The notes beneath the pieces are model-generated. The model was not told the DNA's origin and did no database searches. It saw only the letters and a list, made by a program, of their open reading frames with translations. A DNA stretch of 64,000 nucleotides from Clostridia bacterium (GTDB taxonomy: Bacteria; Bacillota; Clostridia; Oscillospirales; UBA644): the NCBI GenBank assembly GCA_014872655.1, contig WHHJ01000002.1, forward strand, positions 8,135-72,134. The letters are read 5' to 3'. Both the position numbers and the translations under genes were made by a program. Of the stretch, positions 8,824 to 17,812 are shown one piece after another. The number at the start of each line of letters is the position of its first letter. The stretch's first letter is position 1.

Positions 8824-10692
8824 ATGGAAGATAAACTTATCGGAACCGTTTTGGATGATCGGTATTTGATTCGCGAAATCATCGGTACAGGCGGCATGAG
8901 TATTGTCTATAAAGCGCTGGATAATACAGACCAGAGATATGTGGCAATCAAAGTGTTAAAAGAAGAGTTTGTCCGCGAACCCAAATATCGGCGGCGATTT
9001 TTGAATGAGTCGCGAGCGATTGCCATTTTATCCAGTGAATATATTGTAGATGTTGTAGACGTGAATTTTGAAGGCGACGTGCAGTATATTGTCATGGAAT
9101 ATCTGGACGGCATCACGCTCAAACAGTATATCACAGACAAGGGACCTCTCGAGGTTGATGAGGCGCTGCACTATTGTAAACAGATTTTGCGGGCGCTGCG
9201 CCATGCTCATGAACGGGGCGTTGTTCATCGGGATATCAAACCTCAAAACATCATGTTGATTAAAGATGGCAGAATTAAAGTGACGGATTTTGGCATTGCT
9301 CATATTTCCAATTTTGAAACTTCCTCCATGTCGGATCTTGCCATCGGATCGGTTCATTATATCAGCCCGGAACAGGCAAAAGGAAAGCCGACAGATGAAA
9401 CCAGCGATATTTATTCTACGGGTATTATTTTGTATGAAATGATTACCGGTAATTTGCCTTTTGAAGCGGACACCGCAGTAGGGGTTGCGCTTAAACAGGT
9501 ACAGGAAACAGCCGTGCGTCCGTCTTGGTATGTTCCGAAATTGCCTAAAGGTGTGGAACAGATCATTACAAAGGCTATGCGAAAAAGTCCTGCGATGAGA
9601 TATCAGAATGCGGATGAGATGATTGAAGCGATTGATTTATATATTGAAAATAATGACATTGTTTTTGATTATCCGGACGGGCCGGACGAGCCCGCCGCCA
9701 TGAAGCAGCAAAAAGAAAAAGAGCAGAAATTCTTAAATTTTAAAAAGAAAATGATGCAAAATAAATTGCTGACCATGGGTGTAGGTGTTGCCGGCGCTTT
9801 GGTTTTAGTCTTGCTTGGCTTATGTATTATGCTGATTGTGACGAATTCATTGTCGTCAACGAATGTGATCGTTCCGAATTTGGTCGGTCGATTATATTCT
9901 GATGTCAGCGAAGATAAAAGTGTCACGGATTCTTTTCAAATTAATTTGGTAGAGCGGACGAGCGATGAGCCTTCCGGAACGATTTTGGAACAAGATCCCA
10001 AACCGGATCGAAGCGTTCGCAGCGGCAGCGTGTTGACGCTGTATGTCAGTGCGATCCGGGGAAATATTGAAGTGCCGGATTTGTCGGGAATGACTCTTGC
10101 ACAGGCTAAAACGGAGTTGGTGAAGGCCGGTTTGATGTATCAGGTACAGGAAAAAGTGGATCCGGAGTCCGAGGAAGGCATTGTTTTAGGCAGTGAGCCC
10201 CCAGCCGGTCAAAAAGCAGATTCTAATACGACGGTTATTATTTATGTCAGCACAAAAACTTCTGCAGAGTTGGTAAGTATCCCGAGTGTAGTCGGAAAGT
10301 CAAAAGCAGAGGCAGTTAATTTAATTACGGAAGCCGGCTTTGAATATTCTATTGAAGAATCGTACAGTGGTTCTGTTTCTGCAGGTATTGTTATCAGTCA
10401 GAAACCGTCGGGAACCGATAGCGTAGCACGAAAAGGTTCTACGATTGAGATTGTAGTTAGTTTGGGCCCAGCTCCGGTTGTGGAGGAAGATCCGCCACAG
10501 CAGGAACAAGATCAGGAGCAAACAGATCCTGAACAAAATCCAGAAAATCCTGATCCGGAAGTTCCCGGCGAGGAGACAGATCCTCCGGACTCCGGCGAGG
10601 AGACTCCGGATCCCGGGACAGATCCTGATGAGGGTGAAACAGGGACAGGTGATGGAGACACGTCTACGGAAGGTGGAGAAACCGCACAGTGA
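8824..10692 (+). CDS. prkC: Ser/Thr protein kinase PrkC/PknB with PASTA repeats and acidic low-complexity tail
   Basis: Kinase motifs GTGGMSIVYKA, HRDIKPQNIM and DFGIA, then a TM segment and three PASTA-like repeats (VPNLVG.., VPDLSGMTLAQA.., IPSVVGKSKAEA..). The track start is 8791. ATG 8824 follows AGGAGGA and yields MEDKLIG. Confidence 0.93.
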   Translation: MEDKLIGTVLDDRYLIREIIGTGGMSIVYKALDNTDQRYVAIKVLKEEFVREPKYRRRFLNESRAIAILSSEYIVDVVDVNFEGDVQYIVMEYLDGITLKQYITDKGPLEVDEALHYCKQILRALRHAHERGVVHRDIKPQNIMLIKDGRIKVTDFGIAHISNFETSSMSDLAIGSVHYISPEQAKGKPTDETSDIYSTGIILYEMITGNLPFEADTAVGVALKQVQETAVRPSWYVPKLPKGVEQIITKAMRKSPAMRYQNADEMIEAIDLYIENNDIVFDYPDGPDEPAAMKQQKEKEQKFLNFKKKMMQNKLLTMGVGVAGALVLVLLGLCIMLIVTNSLSSTNVIVPNLVGRLYSDVSEDKSVTDSFQINLVERTSDEPSGTILEQDPKPDRSVRSGSVLTLYVSAIRGNIEVPDLSGMTLAQAKTELVKAGLMYQVQEKVDPESEEGIVLGSEPPAGQKADSNTTVIIYVSTKTSAELVSIPSVVGKSKAEAVNLITEAGFEYSIEESYSGSVSAGIVISQKPSGTDSVARKGSTIEIVVSLGPAPVVEEDPPQQEQDQEQTDPEQNPENPDPEVPGEETDPPDSGEETPDPGTDPDEGETGTGDGDTSTEGGETAQ

Positions 10693-11570
10693 AGGGTGTC
10701 ATTATAAAAGGCGTCGGCGGATTGTATTCAATAAAATGTGGAGAGCAGATTTTGGAATGTCGGGCTCGCGGACGGTTTCGAAAAGAACAAATGACTCCAT
10801 TAGTCGGCGATTTTGTGGAAGTGGCAGACGGTTGTATTACGGAGATTTATGATCGAAAAAATGCATTGATTCGACCGGCCTGCGCCAATATTGATAAATT
10901 ATTCTTAGTGACTGCTCTGTCATCCCCGGATCCTGTTATTTACAATATTGATAAAATGTTAGCGATTGCATATTATCATCATATTGAACCGATTTTAGTA
11001 TTTAGTAAAAGTGATTTGCCGGATGTTTGTCATTTAAAACAGATTTATCAACAGGTGCCAATTAAGCAGGTATTTGTTTCGGATCGGTTGGACTGTACGG
11101 ATGCACTAAATGTTTTAAAAAAGGAAATTCAAGGATGTACCGTTGTGTTAAGCGGACTTTCCGGTGCAGGAAAGTCTACGCTGATGAATTTGTTAGGAGG
11201 GCTTTCCCTGCAAACGGGCAGTGTCAGCAAAAAACTCGGAAGAGGGCGGCATACTACGCGCTCGGTGGAACTGTTTGAGTTGTGCGGAGGATATGTGTCT
11301 GATACGCCGGGATTCAGTAATCTGGAGTTGGATTATTTTTCTATTAGCGATCGAAGTCTTTTAGCAGATTGCTTTCCGGAGTTTTTATCGTATCAGGGTA
11401 CCTGCCGGTTTTCGGACTGTATGCATGGTAGCGAGCCTGGATGTTCTGTTGTAGAGGCGGTACACCGAGGTGAAATTGCAGCATCTCGTTGGGAGAGTTA
11501 TCGAAAAATGTATGATCAATTAGGAGTTTTTGAAGCATGGAAGGAGAAAAAGAAACCGGAGTTGAAGTAA
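10689..11570 (+). CDS. rsgA: Ribosome small-subunit-dependent GTPase A
   Basis: SGLSGAGKSTLMN P-loop, DTPGF, and zinc knuckle CRFSDCMHGSEPGC. The GTG start overlaps the prkC stop (GTGA). Confidence 0.93.
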   Translation: MKGVIIKGVGGLYSIKCGEQILECRARGRFRKEQMTPLVGDFVEVADGCITEIYDRKNALIRPACANIDKLFLVTALSSPDPVIYNIDKMLAIAYYHHIEPILVFSKSDLPDVCHLKQIYQQVPIKQVFVSDRLDCTDALNVLKKEIQGCTVVLSGLSGAGKSTLMNLLGGLSLQTGSVSKKLGRGRHTTRSVELFELCGGYVSDTPGFSNLELDYFSISDRSLLADCFPEFLSYQGTCRFSDCMHGSEPGCSVVEAVHRGEIAASRWESYRKMYDQLGVFEAWKEKKKPELK

Positions 11571-12196
11571 AAAGAGCCATTGTCTTTTGCTGGTCTGATA
11601 GTGATCGGGTTCCGGTTCAGATTTCAAGGCAGGATTATGTGATTTGTGCTGACTGCGGATGTGAATATGCAGCCCGTTGTGGGGTCCAGCCAGATTTGGT
11701 TGTAGGCGATTTTGATTCCTGTCGCGCCGATGCATTTAATTTTGGCGCTGCGCAAAGAATTACGTTGCCTGTTAAAAAGGATGATACAGATACATTTTAT
11801 GCGGTAGAGTATGCGTTAAAACAAGGAATTCGGCAAATTGTTATTGCAGGTGGAATCGGTGGACCGAGAATCGACCATATGTTTGCAAATATTCAGGTAT
11901 TAAGACATATTTATCAATCTGGGGCAAAGGGATACATAACAGACGGGCGGACAGAAATTCGGTATTTATCGGATCATTCTAAATTGCTTGTTGCCTATGA
12001 CAGCCGAATTACGACAGTTTCCTTTGTTCCCCTTGTAGATACAAAAAATGTATGTATCCAGGGGTTTGAGTATGAAGCCATGCACCGTGATCTGAAAGCA
12101 GCCCTTCCGTTGGCAGTCAGCAACAGCATGGTGGAAGGACAAGACGGCGTGATTACAATGGAGAAAGGGGAAGCGCTTGTTTTTATTGTGTTTTAA
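11537..12196 (+). CDS. thiN: Thiamine pyrophosphokinase
   Basis: The VICADCG...PDLVVGDFDS motif, KDDTD, and its position after rsgA. The start is uncertain because it overlaps the rsgA end. Confidence 0.85.
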   Translation: MEGEKETGVEVKRAIVFCWSDSDRVPVQISRQDYVICADCGCEYAARCGVQPDLVVGDFDSCRADAFNFGAAQRITLPVKKDDTDTFYAVEYALKQGIRQIVIAGGIGGPRIDHMFANIQVLRHIYQSGAKGYITDGRTEIRYLSDHSKLLVAYDSRITTVSFVPLVDTKNVCIQGFEYEAMHRDLKAALPLAVSNSMVEGQDGVITMEKGEALVFIVF

Positions 12197-12267
12197 GTGT
12201 GATTTTGGCAAAGTGCCAAAATAAAATGTGGTGGATATGGTAAATACAGCGAATTTTTATTTGCCTA

Positions 12268-12296
12268 TTGCAATGTTTTTATTTTTATAGTATAAT
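12268..12296 (+). promoter_or_regulatory. Sigma-A-type promoter for the propeller/dockerin gene
   Basis: TTGCAA (12268-12273), 17 nt, TATAAT (12291-12296). The palindrome ATTCTG-TAG-CAGAAT (12298-12312) follows. Confidence 0.65.
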
Positions 12297-12353
12297 AATT
12301 CTGTAGCAGAATATTTTCGACAGTTTTGTTCTGGCGAAAGGAGAGGAAATATA

Positions 12354-13799
12354 ATGACAAAAATAACAAAGAAACTGGTTTCCTTTGCAGTAGCGGCTGC
12401 GATGGCAGTTTCATTTAGCCTTGCAGCATTTGCCTCGGAGGTTGAATGGGGCGGTTATGCTAAAAACAATACCCATAATGCGGTAACAGATGCCTATACT
12501 CCTAAGGCTCCGGCAAAAGACGGTGCAAAGGCGATGGCCGGATTGAAATGGGTATATGAATTAAGATCGTCTTCTACCTGGGATGCAATTTCTGAACCTA
12601 TTTTAGTAGAAGGACACATTTATATAGCAGTTGGTGCTAAGTTGCTAAAGATAGAAGCTGAAACAGGTACGCTTGTTGCAAGTGTTGATTTAACGAATGC
12701 AATCGATTACGGTGCTAAGCCTGTTTATGCAAACGGGATGATTATTGTTGCGGAATCTAAGGGTGTTTTAGAAGCTATCGATTGTGGAAAAATGTCTTCT
12801 GTTTGGGTTACTGAGGCTCTTGCTGATGCAGAACAGGGAGCTCATCAATCCAATTCTACGGTTACTTATTCCAATGGATACATATTCTTTGGAACGACAG
12901 TTGCTGATTTTGAAAAATCTTATTCCGGTACTTTTTTCTGTGTAAACGTATCGACAGGTAACGTGGTTTGGAAATATGAAAATGCAACTGCCGGATATTA
13001 TTGGAGCGGTGCTGTAGTGATGAATGGTAGTGCGATCGTTGCTGCAGATGACGGAAATTTAGTAGCCTTTAATCGTGAGAATGGTGAGGTTAAATCAACA
13101 GTTGCTTTAGGCGCTGCATCCAGAGGAACGGTTTCTACCGATGGTACAAACGTGTATGTTACGACAACGAACGGTTCTTTGCATAAAGTTGTTGTAAACG
13201 CAGACGGAACCTTGGGCGAGGCTAGCAGTGTTTCCTTTGCAGCAAGTTCTACAGGAACGGCAACTTTTGATCAAGGGTTGTTGTTTGTTGGTGGCGCAGC
13301 TGCCGATCGCACTGGCGTTTTAGCGGTTATTGATGCTCAGACTATGACAGTGAAGAGTTCTTTGCAGTTAAGTGCAGATGTAAAGAGTGCTCCGTTGGTA
13401 AGTTCCTTTAGCGGTCAAACTTATGTTTACTTTACAGTAAATAATACGCCGGGCGCTGTGTACATGACTAATTCTGCTGATTCATTTGCAACGGTTCAGA
13501 CCGTATATGAGCCTGAGAAAGAAAATCAGAACTATTGCATGGCATCTGTTATGGCAGATTCTGAAGGCAGTTTGTATTATACCAATGATAGCGGGAAATT
13601 ATTTAAGATTAAATCTCTGAATTACGGCGATTTTACTTCCGATAATATAATCAGTCTTGCAGACGTTATTTTCTTGGCTCGTTCCGTGTTAACGGGAGAT
13701 ACAAGTTCTATTCCTGACTTTTCCGGTGACGGTCAGGTTGGAATGGCAGACATTATTGTATTGGCAAGATATGTTGTAGGAACACTTTCTGTATTTTAG
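12354..13799 (+). CDS. Secreted PQQ-like beta-propeller repeat protein with C-terminal dockerin
   Basis: Signal peptide (KKLVSFAVAAAMAVSFSLAAFA). Repeated ...G.vy.g...G.l.A.d..tG...W blocks are typical of PQQ/BamB-like propellers. The C-terminus has two dockerin-like segments (GDFTSDNIISLADVIFLARSVL and DFSGDGQVGMADIIVLARYVVG). Confidence 0.85.
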   Translation: MTKITKKLVSFAVAAAMAVSFSLAAFASEVEWGGYAKNNTHNAVTDAYTPKAPAKDGAKAMAGLKWVYELRSSSTWDAISEPILVEGHIYIAVGAKLLKIEAETGTLVASVDLTNAIDYGAKPVYANGMIIVAESKGVLEAIDCGKMSSVWVTEALADAEQGAHQSNSTVTYSNGYIFFGTTVADFEKSYSGTFFCVNVSTGNVVWKYENATAGYYWSGAVVMNGSAIVAADDGNLVAFNRENGEVKSTVALGAASRGTVSTDGTNVYVTTTNGSLHKVVVNADGTLGEASSVSFAASSTGTATFDQGLLFVGGAAADRTGVLAVIDAQTMTVKSSLQLSADVKSAPLVSSFSGQTYVYFTVNNTPGAVYMTNSADSFATVQTVYEPEKENQNYCMASVMADSEGSLYYTNDSGKLFKIKSLNYGDFTSDNIISLADVIFLARSVLTGDTSSIPDFSGDGQVGMADIIVLARYVVGTLSVF

Positions 13800-13880
13800 T
13801 TGAATTTGGTCTTTTAAAGGAGCGTATATTTATGAGGTCCTTTAGAAACCATATATGAAAAAACAATGCCTTTATGTTTT

Positions 13881-13911
13881 AGGATGGACGAGATTTCGTC
13901 CATCCTTTTTA
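13881..13911 (+). terminator. Rho-independent terminator
   Basis: AGGATGGACG (13881-13890), loop AGATTT, CGTCCATCCT (13897-13906), then TTTTT. Confidence 0.8.
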
Positions 13912-14120
13912 TGGATATATAATTGGTTGTATTAAATATTTTATGATCCGGCTGTTCTATTTTTTACAAAGATATGTTTTTTTATTGACTGTTTCAGTTT
14001 CCGTCAAAATGTTAACACAAATTTTGATTATAATAAACTTAGAAAATATATCAAGCCCTTTAAATCTGATCTAAAAGTAGATTGAAAAAAGGGAGTTGAG
14101 ATACTGAGGGAGATCCTTTT

Positions 14121-15554
14121 ATGTTTGAAGAAGAGAAAAAAAATCAAGCAGAAAATACAACTGAGCAATCTGATTTTTATGATAGTCCTGATTATGCAAG
14201 GGTACAGGGACAGAAAGAAAGGCCGTTTGATGCTCCACATACCTCACAAGAGTCATCTTCTTCGGTGCAGCAAAATGGTTATACAGATTCATCTAGACCC
14301 TATTACGGAAATCCGACCGTAACGGCTTATCAGCAGATGCATCAGCATTATCAACAAGCACAGGCGGCTCGTCCGTCTTCGCGTAAACAACATCATATGA
14401 GTCGTGCCGGAGTGATAACAGCAATAAGTATTTGTCTTGTTTTGTCTTTAGCTTTGGGCTTTGGCGGAGGTGTTGTTGCTGTTAAATTATTTGGTGGACA
14501 GTCGCGAACATCTGTTATATATGATGCGGGGGGCTCTACGTCGAATACTGTTTTGACAGGTGACGCAATGAGTATTTCTGATGTGGTTTCCTCTGTTAGT
14601 GATTCTGTTGTTCAGATTACAACAGAGAGTGTAACAACAGGCTCTATTTTTGGACAATATATTTCTGAGGGAGCAGGAAGTGGTGTTGTGCTAACTTCAG
14701 ATGGCTATATTGTAACCAATAATCATGTTATTGAAGATGCTAACAAAATTACTGTAACATTAACTGATGGGACAGAGTATCAAGCTACGTTAGTTGGTAC
14801 CGATAGTGAAACAGACGTTGCGGTTATTAAAGTGGAAGCGGCTAATTTAAAGCCAGCTACATTAGGAGATTCTGACCAGTTAACGGTAGGGCAGACTGCT
14901 ATTGTAATCGGGAATCCTTTAGGTTCTCTTGGCGGATCGGTAACCAGCGGCATTATCAGTGCTTTGGATCGGGACGTTACGGTGAATGGAGAAACAATGA
15001 CTTTACTTCAAACTTCCGCAGCGGTCAACCCTGGAAATTCTGGAGGAGGATTGTTTAATGCAAACGGGTATTTAGTTGGCATTGTCAATGCGAAGTATAC
15101 TTCTACGGATGTAGAGGGAATCGGGTTTGCAATACCTATCAATGTAGCAAAATCAGTTATTAACGATTTGATTGAATATGGTTATGTAAAAGGGCGTATT
15201 GATACTGGATTTTCTGTAGTGGACTTAACAAGTACCAGCGCTGCAATGACCTATCGAGTGTCACAAACGGGAATATATGTATTGAAAGTGACAGATACGC
15301 AATCGGGCTTTTATTCAGGCGATATGATTGTGAGTATAGACGGACAATACATTACCAGTATGGAAGATTATGAATCGATCTTAGATACTCATGCAATTGG
15401 TGATGTGTTGGAGGTTGTTGTTTCCCGAAACGGAAAACAAACGACTGTTCCGTTGACTCTAAAAGAGTATGTTCCTACAACAGATACCTCCCAACGAGAA
15501 GAAGAATCTTTGCAGGGAAACTTATATAGTTATTATTACGGAAAGAATAATTGA
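14121..15554 (+). CDS. HtrA/DegP-like trypsin-family serine protease with PDZ domain
   Basis: Disordered Q/S/Y-rich N-terminus and one TM helix. Catalytic contexts are VTNNHVI (His), TDVAVIKV (Asp) and NPGNSGGGLFN (Ser). The C-terminal region is PDZ-like. Confidence 0.9.
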   Translation: MFEEEKKNQAENTTEQSDFYDSPDYARVQGQKERPFDAPHTSQESSSSVQQNGYTDSSRPYYGNPTVTAYQQMHQHYQQAQAARPSSRKQHHMSRAGVITAISICLVLSLALGFGGGVVAVKLFGGQSRTSVIYDAGGSTSNTVLTGDAMSISDVVSSVSDSVVQITTESVTTGSIFGQYISEGAGSGVVLTSDGYIVTNNHVIEDANKITVTLTDGTEYQATLVGTDSETDVAVIKVEAANLKPATLGDSDQLTVGQTAIVIGNPLGSLGGSVTSGIISALDRDVTVNGETMTLLQTSAAVNPGNSGGGLFNANGYLVGIVNAKYTSTDVEGIGFAIPINVAKSVINDLIEYGYVKGRIDTGFSVVDLTSTSAAMTYRVSQTGIYVLKVTDTQSGFYSGDMIVSIDGQYITSMEDYESILDTHAIGDVLEVVVSRNGKQTTVPLTLKEYVPTTDTSQREEESLQGNLYSYYYGKNN

Positions 15555-15620
15555 TATATCACAGGATAAAAAACGCTCTTTTATCCTTGTATATATAAAG
15601 GTTTTCTCTTTCTCCTTGAT

Positions 15621-15648
15621 TTGGGGTTGTCGAAATAGGCAACCCCAA
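15621..15648 (+). terminator. Possible terminator hairpin after htrA-like gene
   Basis: TTGGGGTTG ... CAACCCCAA stem. The downstream T-tract is poor, so this is tentative. Confidence 0.45.
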
Positions 15649-15739
15649 TACTTATATATTCCTATACTTATTTAAATAATTTTATAAAATATTGTAATAG
15701 AATTTATATATAATCACTATATATTTTTTTGCTTTTTTA

Positions 15740-15775
15740 TGCTATAATAGAGTTGTAAGAAAACACCGTTTTCTT
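15740..15775 (+). promoter_or_regulatory. Extended -10 promoter and 5' leader hairpin of hpf
   Basis: TGCTATAAT (15740-15749), followed by the palindrome AAGAAAAC-ACC-GTTTTCTT (15757-15775). Confidence 0.55.
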
Positions 15776-15800
15776 GAAAGGATAAGAAGGAGTGACACTG

Positions 15801-16334
15801 ATGAAGTTTAGGTATGTAAGTAACAAATGTACCGCGCGCGACAATACAAAGGAGTATACAGCTAAAAAGTTGTCAAAATTATCCAGATTCTTTTCGGATG
15901 ACGATTGTACGGCCGATGTAGTCTATACGTTGGAGAAAGGGGATCGATATAAGGTTGAAGTAACGGTTGTGTATAAAGGGATGATTTTCCGGGCACAGTC
16001 TACAACCGATGATTTCTTCCATAGCGTAGATGAAATTGTAGATATTTTGGTCCGTCAGATTCGTAAGCACAAAACAAAATTGGAACGTCAGATTAAAGGA
16101 AGTAAATTTGTATTTGATGAGATCCCGGATGTTGCTTTAGAAACGATTGAAGAAGATACCGGTGTGATTATAAAACGTAAAAAGATTACCATTAAACCGA
16201 TGTCAGCAGAAGAAGCCGTACTGCAAATGAACATGCTTGGGCACGACTTTTTTGTGTTCCGTGATGAAGATGGGCAGGCAACGGTTGTGTATCGTCGCCG
16301 AGATGGGAATTACGGATTGATTGAAACGGATTGA
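15801..16334 (+). CDS. hpf: Ribosome hibernation promoting factor, long form
   Basis: The N-terminal S30AE/YfiA-like domain has KLSRFF and EVTV text. The C-terminal dimerisation domain reads KPMSAEEAVLQMNMLGHDFFVFRDEDGQATVVYRRRDGNYGLIE. ATG 15801 follows AAGGAG. Confidence 0.93.
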   Translation: MKFRYVSNKCTARDNTKEYTAKKLSKLSRFFSDDDCTADVVYTLEKGDRYKVEVTVVYKGMIFRAQSTTDDFFHSVDEIVDILVRQIRKHKTKLERQIKGSKFVFDEIPDVALETIEEDTGVIIKRKKITIKPMSAEEAVLQMNMLGHDFFVFRDEDGQATVVYRRRDGNYGLIETD

Positions 16335-16341
16335 TTGAAAT

Positions 16342-16381
16342 AAAAAAGAGAGGAAAGGCAGTGCCTTTCCTCTCTTTTTTA
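16342..16381. terminator. Bidirectional terminator shared by hpf (+) and the serine-hydrolase operon (-)
   Basis: A run of A, then a GAGAGGAAAGGC / GCCTTTCCTCTC stem, then a run of T (AAAAAAGAGAGGAAAGGCAGTGCCTTTCCTCTCTTTTTT). Confidence 0.85.
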
Positions 16382-17797
16382 TTTGATTAGGGTTCCGGTC
16401 CATTTTACACAGTCTTCTGCAAGCATGTCTTGAATACAGGAAAAAGTAACGGTGAGTTGATCTTGATTTACGGATAAATGAAGCTCTTCTGTTTGTGGGT
16501 CACTTAAATGCCGGAAAATAATCTTTAAGTCCCCACTTTCTTCTCCTGCACAGGCTGCAAGATGGATTCGCTCCGTTTTATAGGGGTCCATAATGGATAA
16601 GATTTTCGGAACTCGACCGGCTGCGTAGTATTCACTTTCGCACCAAGAGCCGAGACTTGCTTGGATCGTTTGTTTTTGGTATCCGTCAAAAAGATCAAGA
16701 ATCAGTTTATCTTGCTGTGTTTTGATGTGCAGTTCCGTAAATCCCGATCCGTTTTTATTCAGCCGGAATTTGCTGTTTTTGCAGAACTCGGGTAGTGTGT
16801 TGACAGGGATAGGCTCATAGTCCGGAATAATGAATTCTGTTTGATCTACAGGATCTAACAGATGTTCTACAAGGTCTACTACATCTACAATTTCCGGCTC
16901 CATATCAACCGTTCTTGCGTTAATGGCAACAACCGCTTTATTTTTCGGCATCACCATACATAACTGGCCGGCTAATCCGTCTCCGCGATATCCGTCGCGT
17001 TTAGTCATCCAGAACTGGTATCCATATCCGCTGGTCCAGTTGCCGGAACCTCCGTCGCCGTTATAAGAGTTGTCGACTTGAGCCGATCCGGCAGCACGGC
17101 ACCATTCTTCAGACAAAATTCGTTTGCCATTATATACGCCGTGATTATATAGCATTAATCCAAATTTTGCAAGATCGTCATTGCTGATATGCAATCCGAT
17201 TCCACCTTCATTTACGCCTTGTGCACAGGTTGTCCAATAGGGATTATCAAACTCAAGCGGTTCGAAAATATTCTCATAAGCAAAGTCAAATAGTTTTCTG
17301 CCGGTAATTCGTTCTGTGATTTCAGCAAGCATACAAGAAGCTCCGGTATTGTACATAAAAAAGGTTCCGGGCTGTCTGGGAACGGGCTGTGCCAAAAAGG
17401 CTTTTGCTGCGTCTGTGCTACGATACATGTCTTTCATGATACAAGCTTCATGCCCAGTGGTCATGGTCAGCAGATGCTTTACTTTCATTGCGGCAAGATG
17501 TTCACTGACTTGCTCGGGTAGTTTTTCCGGAAAGAGATCTATAATCCGATCCTCTACGGATAGCAGTTTTCGATCACATAAAATGCCAATAGCTGCGGAA
17601 GAGAAACTTTTGCTTAGTGAATAAATTTCTTTTCGCTGCGAGCAATCGTATGGCGCCGGCGAAAAGCGAAGTTTTAATTCATTGTCAATATAGATTTGAA
17701 CAGATTGAATATTTTCTCCGTTGAGATTTCTTTTTTTGAAAAATTCATTGACTCGTGCTGCATTTACGTCTTTAGCTGCAAAAAATTGTTTTGCCAT
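16379..17797 (-). CDS. Serine hydrolase, beta-lactamase/DD-peptidase (class C-like) family with C-terminal extension
   Basis: SxxK motif in YSLSKSFSSAAIG, with a following Y-x-N-like FMYNTGAS. It is 472 aa, so about 130 aa extend beyond the catalytic domain. A GAGGAG RBS lies in the 15-nt gap after the upstream gene. Confidence 0.8.
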   Translation of the reverse strand: MAKQFFAAKDVNAARVNEFFKKRNLNGENIQSVQIYIDNELKLRFSPAPYDCSQRKEIYSLSKSFSSAAIGILCDRKLLSVEDRIIDLFPEKLPEQVSEHLAAMKVKHLLTMTTGHEACIMKDMYRSTDAAKAFLAQPVPRQPGTFFMYNTGASCMLAEITERITGRKLFDFAYENIFEPLEFDNPYWTTCAQGVNEGGIGLHISNDDLAKFGLMLYNHGVYNGKRILSEEWCRAAGSAQVDNSYNGDGGSGNWTSGYGYQFWMTKRDGYRGDGLAGQLCMVMPKNKAVVAINARTVDMEPEIVDVVDLVEHLLDPVDQTEFIIPDYEPIPVNTLPEFCKNSKFRLNKNGSGFTELHIKTQQDKLILDLFDGYQKQTIQASLGSWCESEYYAAGRVPKILSIMDPYKTERIHLAACAGEESGDLKIIFRHLSDPQTEELHLSVNQDQLTVTFSCIQDMLAEDCVKWTGTLIK

Positions 17798-17812
17798 TTT
17801 TATTCTCCTCTG

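Noticed and set aside
10478-10852. A 124-aa R/K-rich ORF.
   Set aside because: It is an alternate-frame reading of the acidic low-complexity tail of prkC and the 5' end of rsgA.
15555-15800. A possible raiA-motif or other structured RNA upstream of hpf.
   Set aside because: The region is very AT-rich, with only a weak terminator hairpin and one short leader palindrome. No extended GC-supported structure is visible.
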